Positions 14,574 to 14,607 of a stretch of 14,607 nt of DNA are shown here, in pieces. Under the pieces are notes generated by a model that did not search any database, had not been told where the DNA came from, and saw only the letters and a list, made by a program, of their open reading frames with translations. A program made the position numbers and the translations under genes. How positions within the stretch are numbered: the stretch's first letter is position 1; every line of letters begins with the position of its first letter. The stretch is from contig JAXMOL010000088.1 of the NCBI GenBank assembly GCA_034669905.1, positions 1-14,607 of the forward strand, read 5' to 3'. Origin of the DNA: Candidatus Hydrogenedentota bacterium (GTDB lineage Bacteria; Hydrogenedentota; Hydrogenedentia; Hydrogenedentales; JAEUWI01).

Positions 14574-14607
14574 CCAGGGTTGTGTTTTTCAGTTTTTTTC
14601 TTTACGC

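Overview
GC-rich bacterial window with every credible gene on the + strand. It opens with a fused family I CoA-transferase (YdiF/Pct type) and a repeat-rich intergenic region. A tightly coupled nine-gene cluster follows (2669-12554): a GcvH-like lipoyl-carrier protein, a CobW/COG0523-type metallochaperone GTPase, a small Cys-motif protein resembling the HdrA N-terminal domain, a 2x[4Fe-4S] ferredoxin-domain protein, a radical SAM/SPASM-twitch enzyme, a DUF116-like/trans-isoprenyl diphosphate synthase fusion, a single-barrel prenyltransferase-beta-like protein, a divergent squalene-hopene-cyclase-like enzyme with an intact DxDD motif, and an IscS-type cysteine desulfurase. I infer an uncharacterised Fe-S/radical-dependent terpenoid or lipid pathway, because no squalene synthase or hpn genes and no other glycine-cleavage genes are in the window. 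The cluster is bracketed by two direct, colinear copies of a ~325-335 bp non-coding element (2028-2351, 12572-12907) with near-invariant hairpin modules and length-conserved linkers only ~65% identical; partial extra copies lie in tandem. The window ends with a membrane-anchored hypothetical protein carrying a GspG-C-like tail and a perfect 38-bp palindrome. All family assignments are motif recognition by eye, not database searches.
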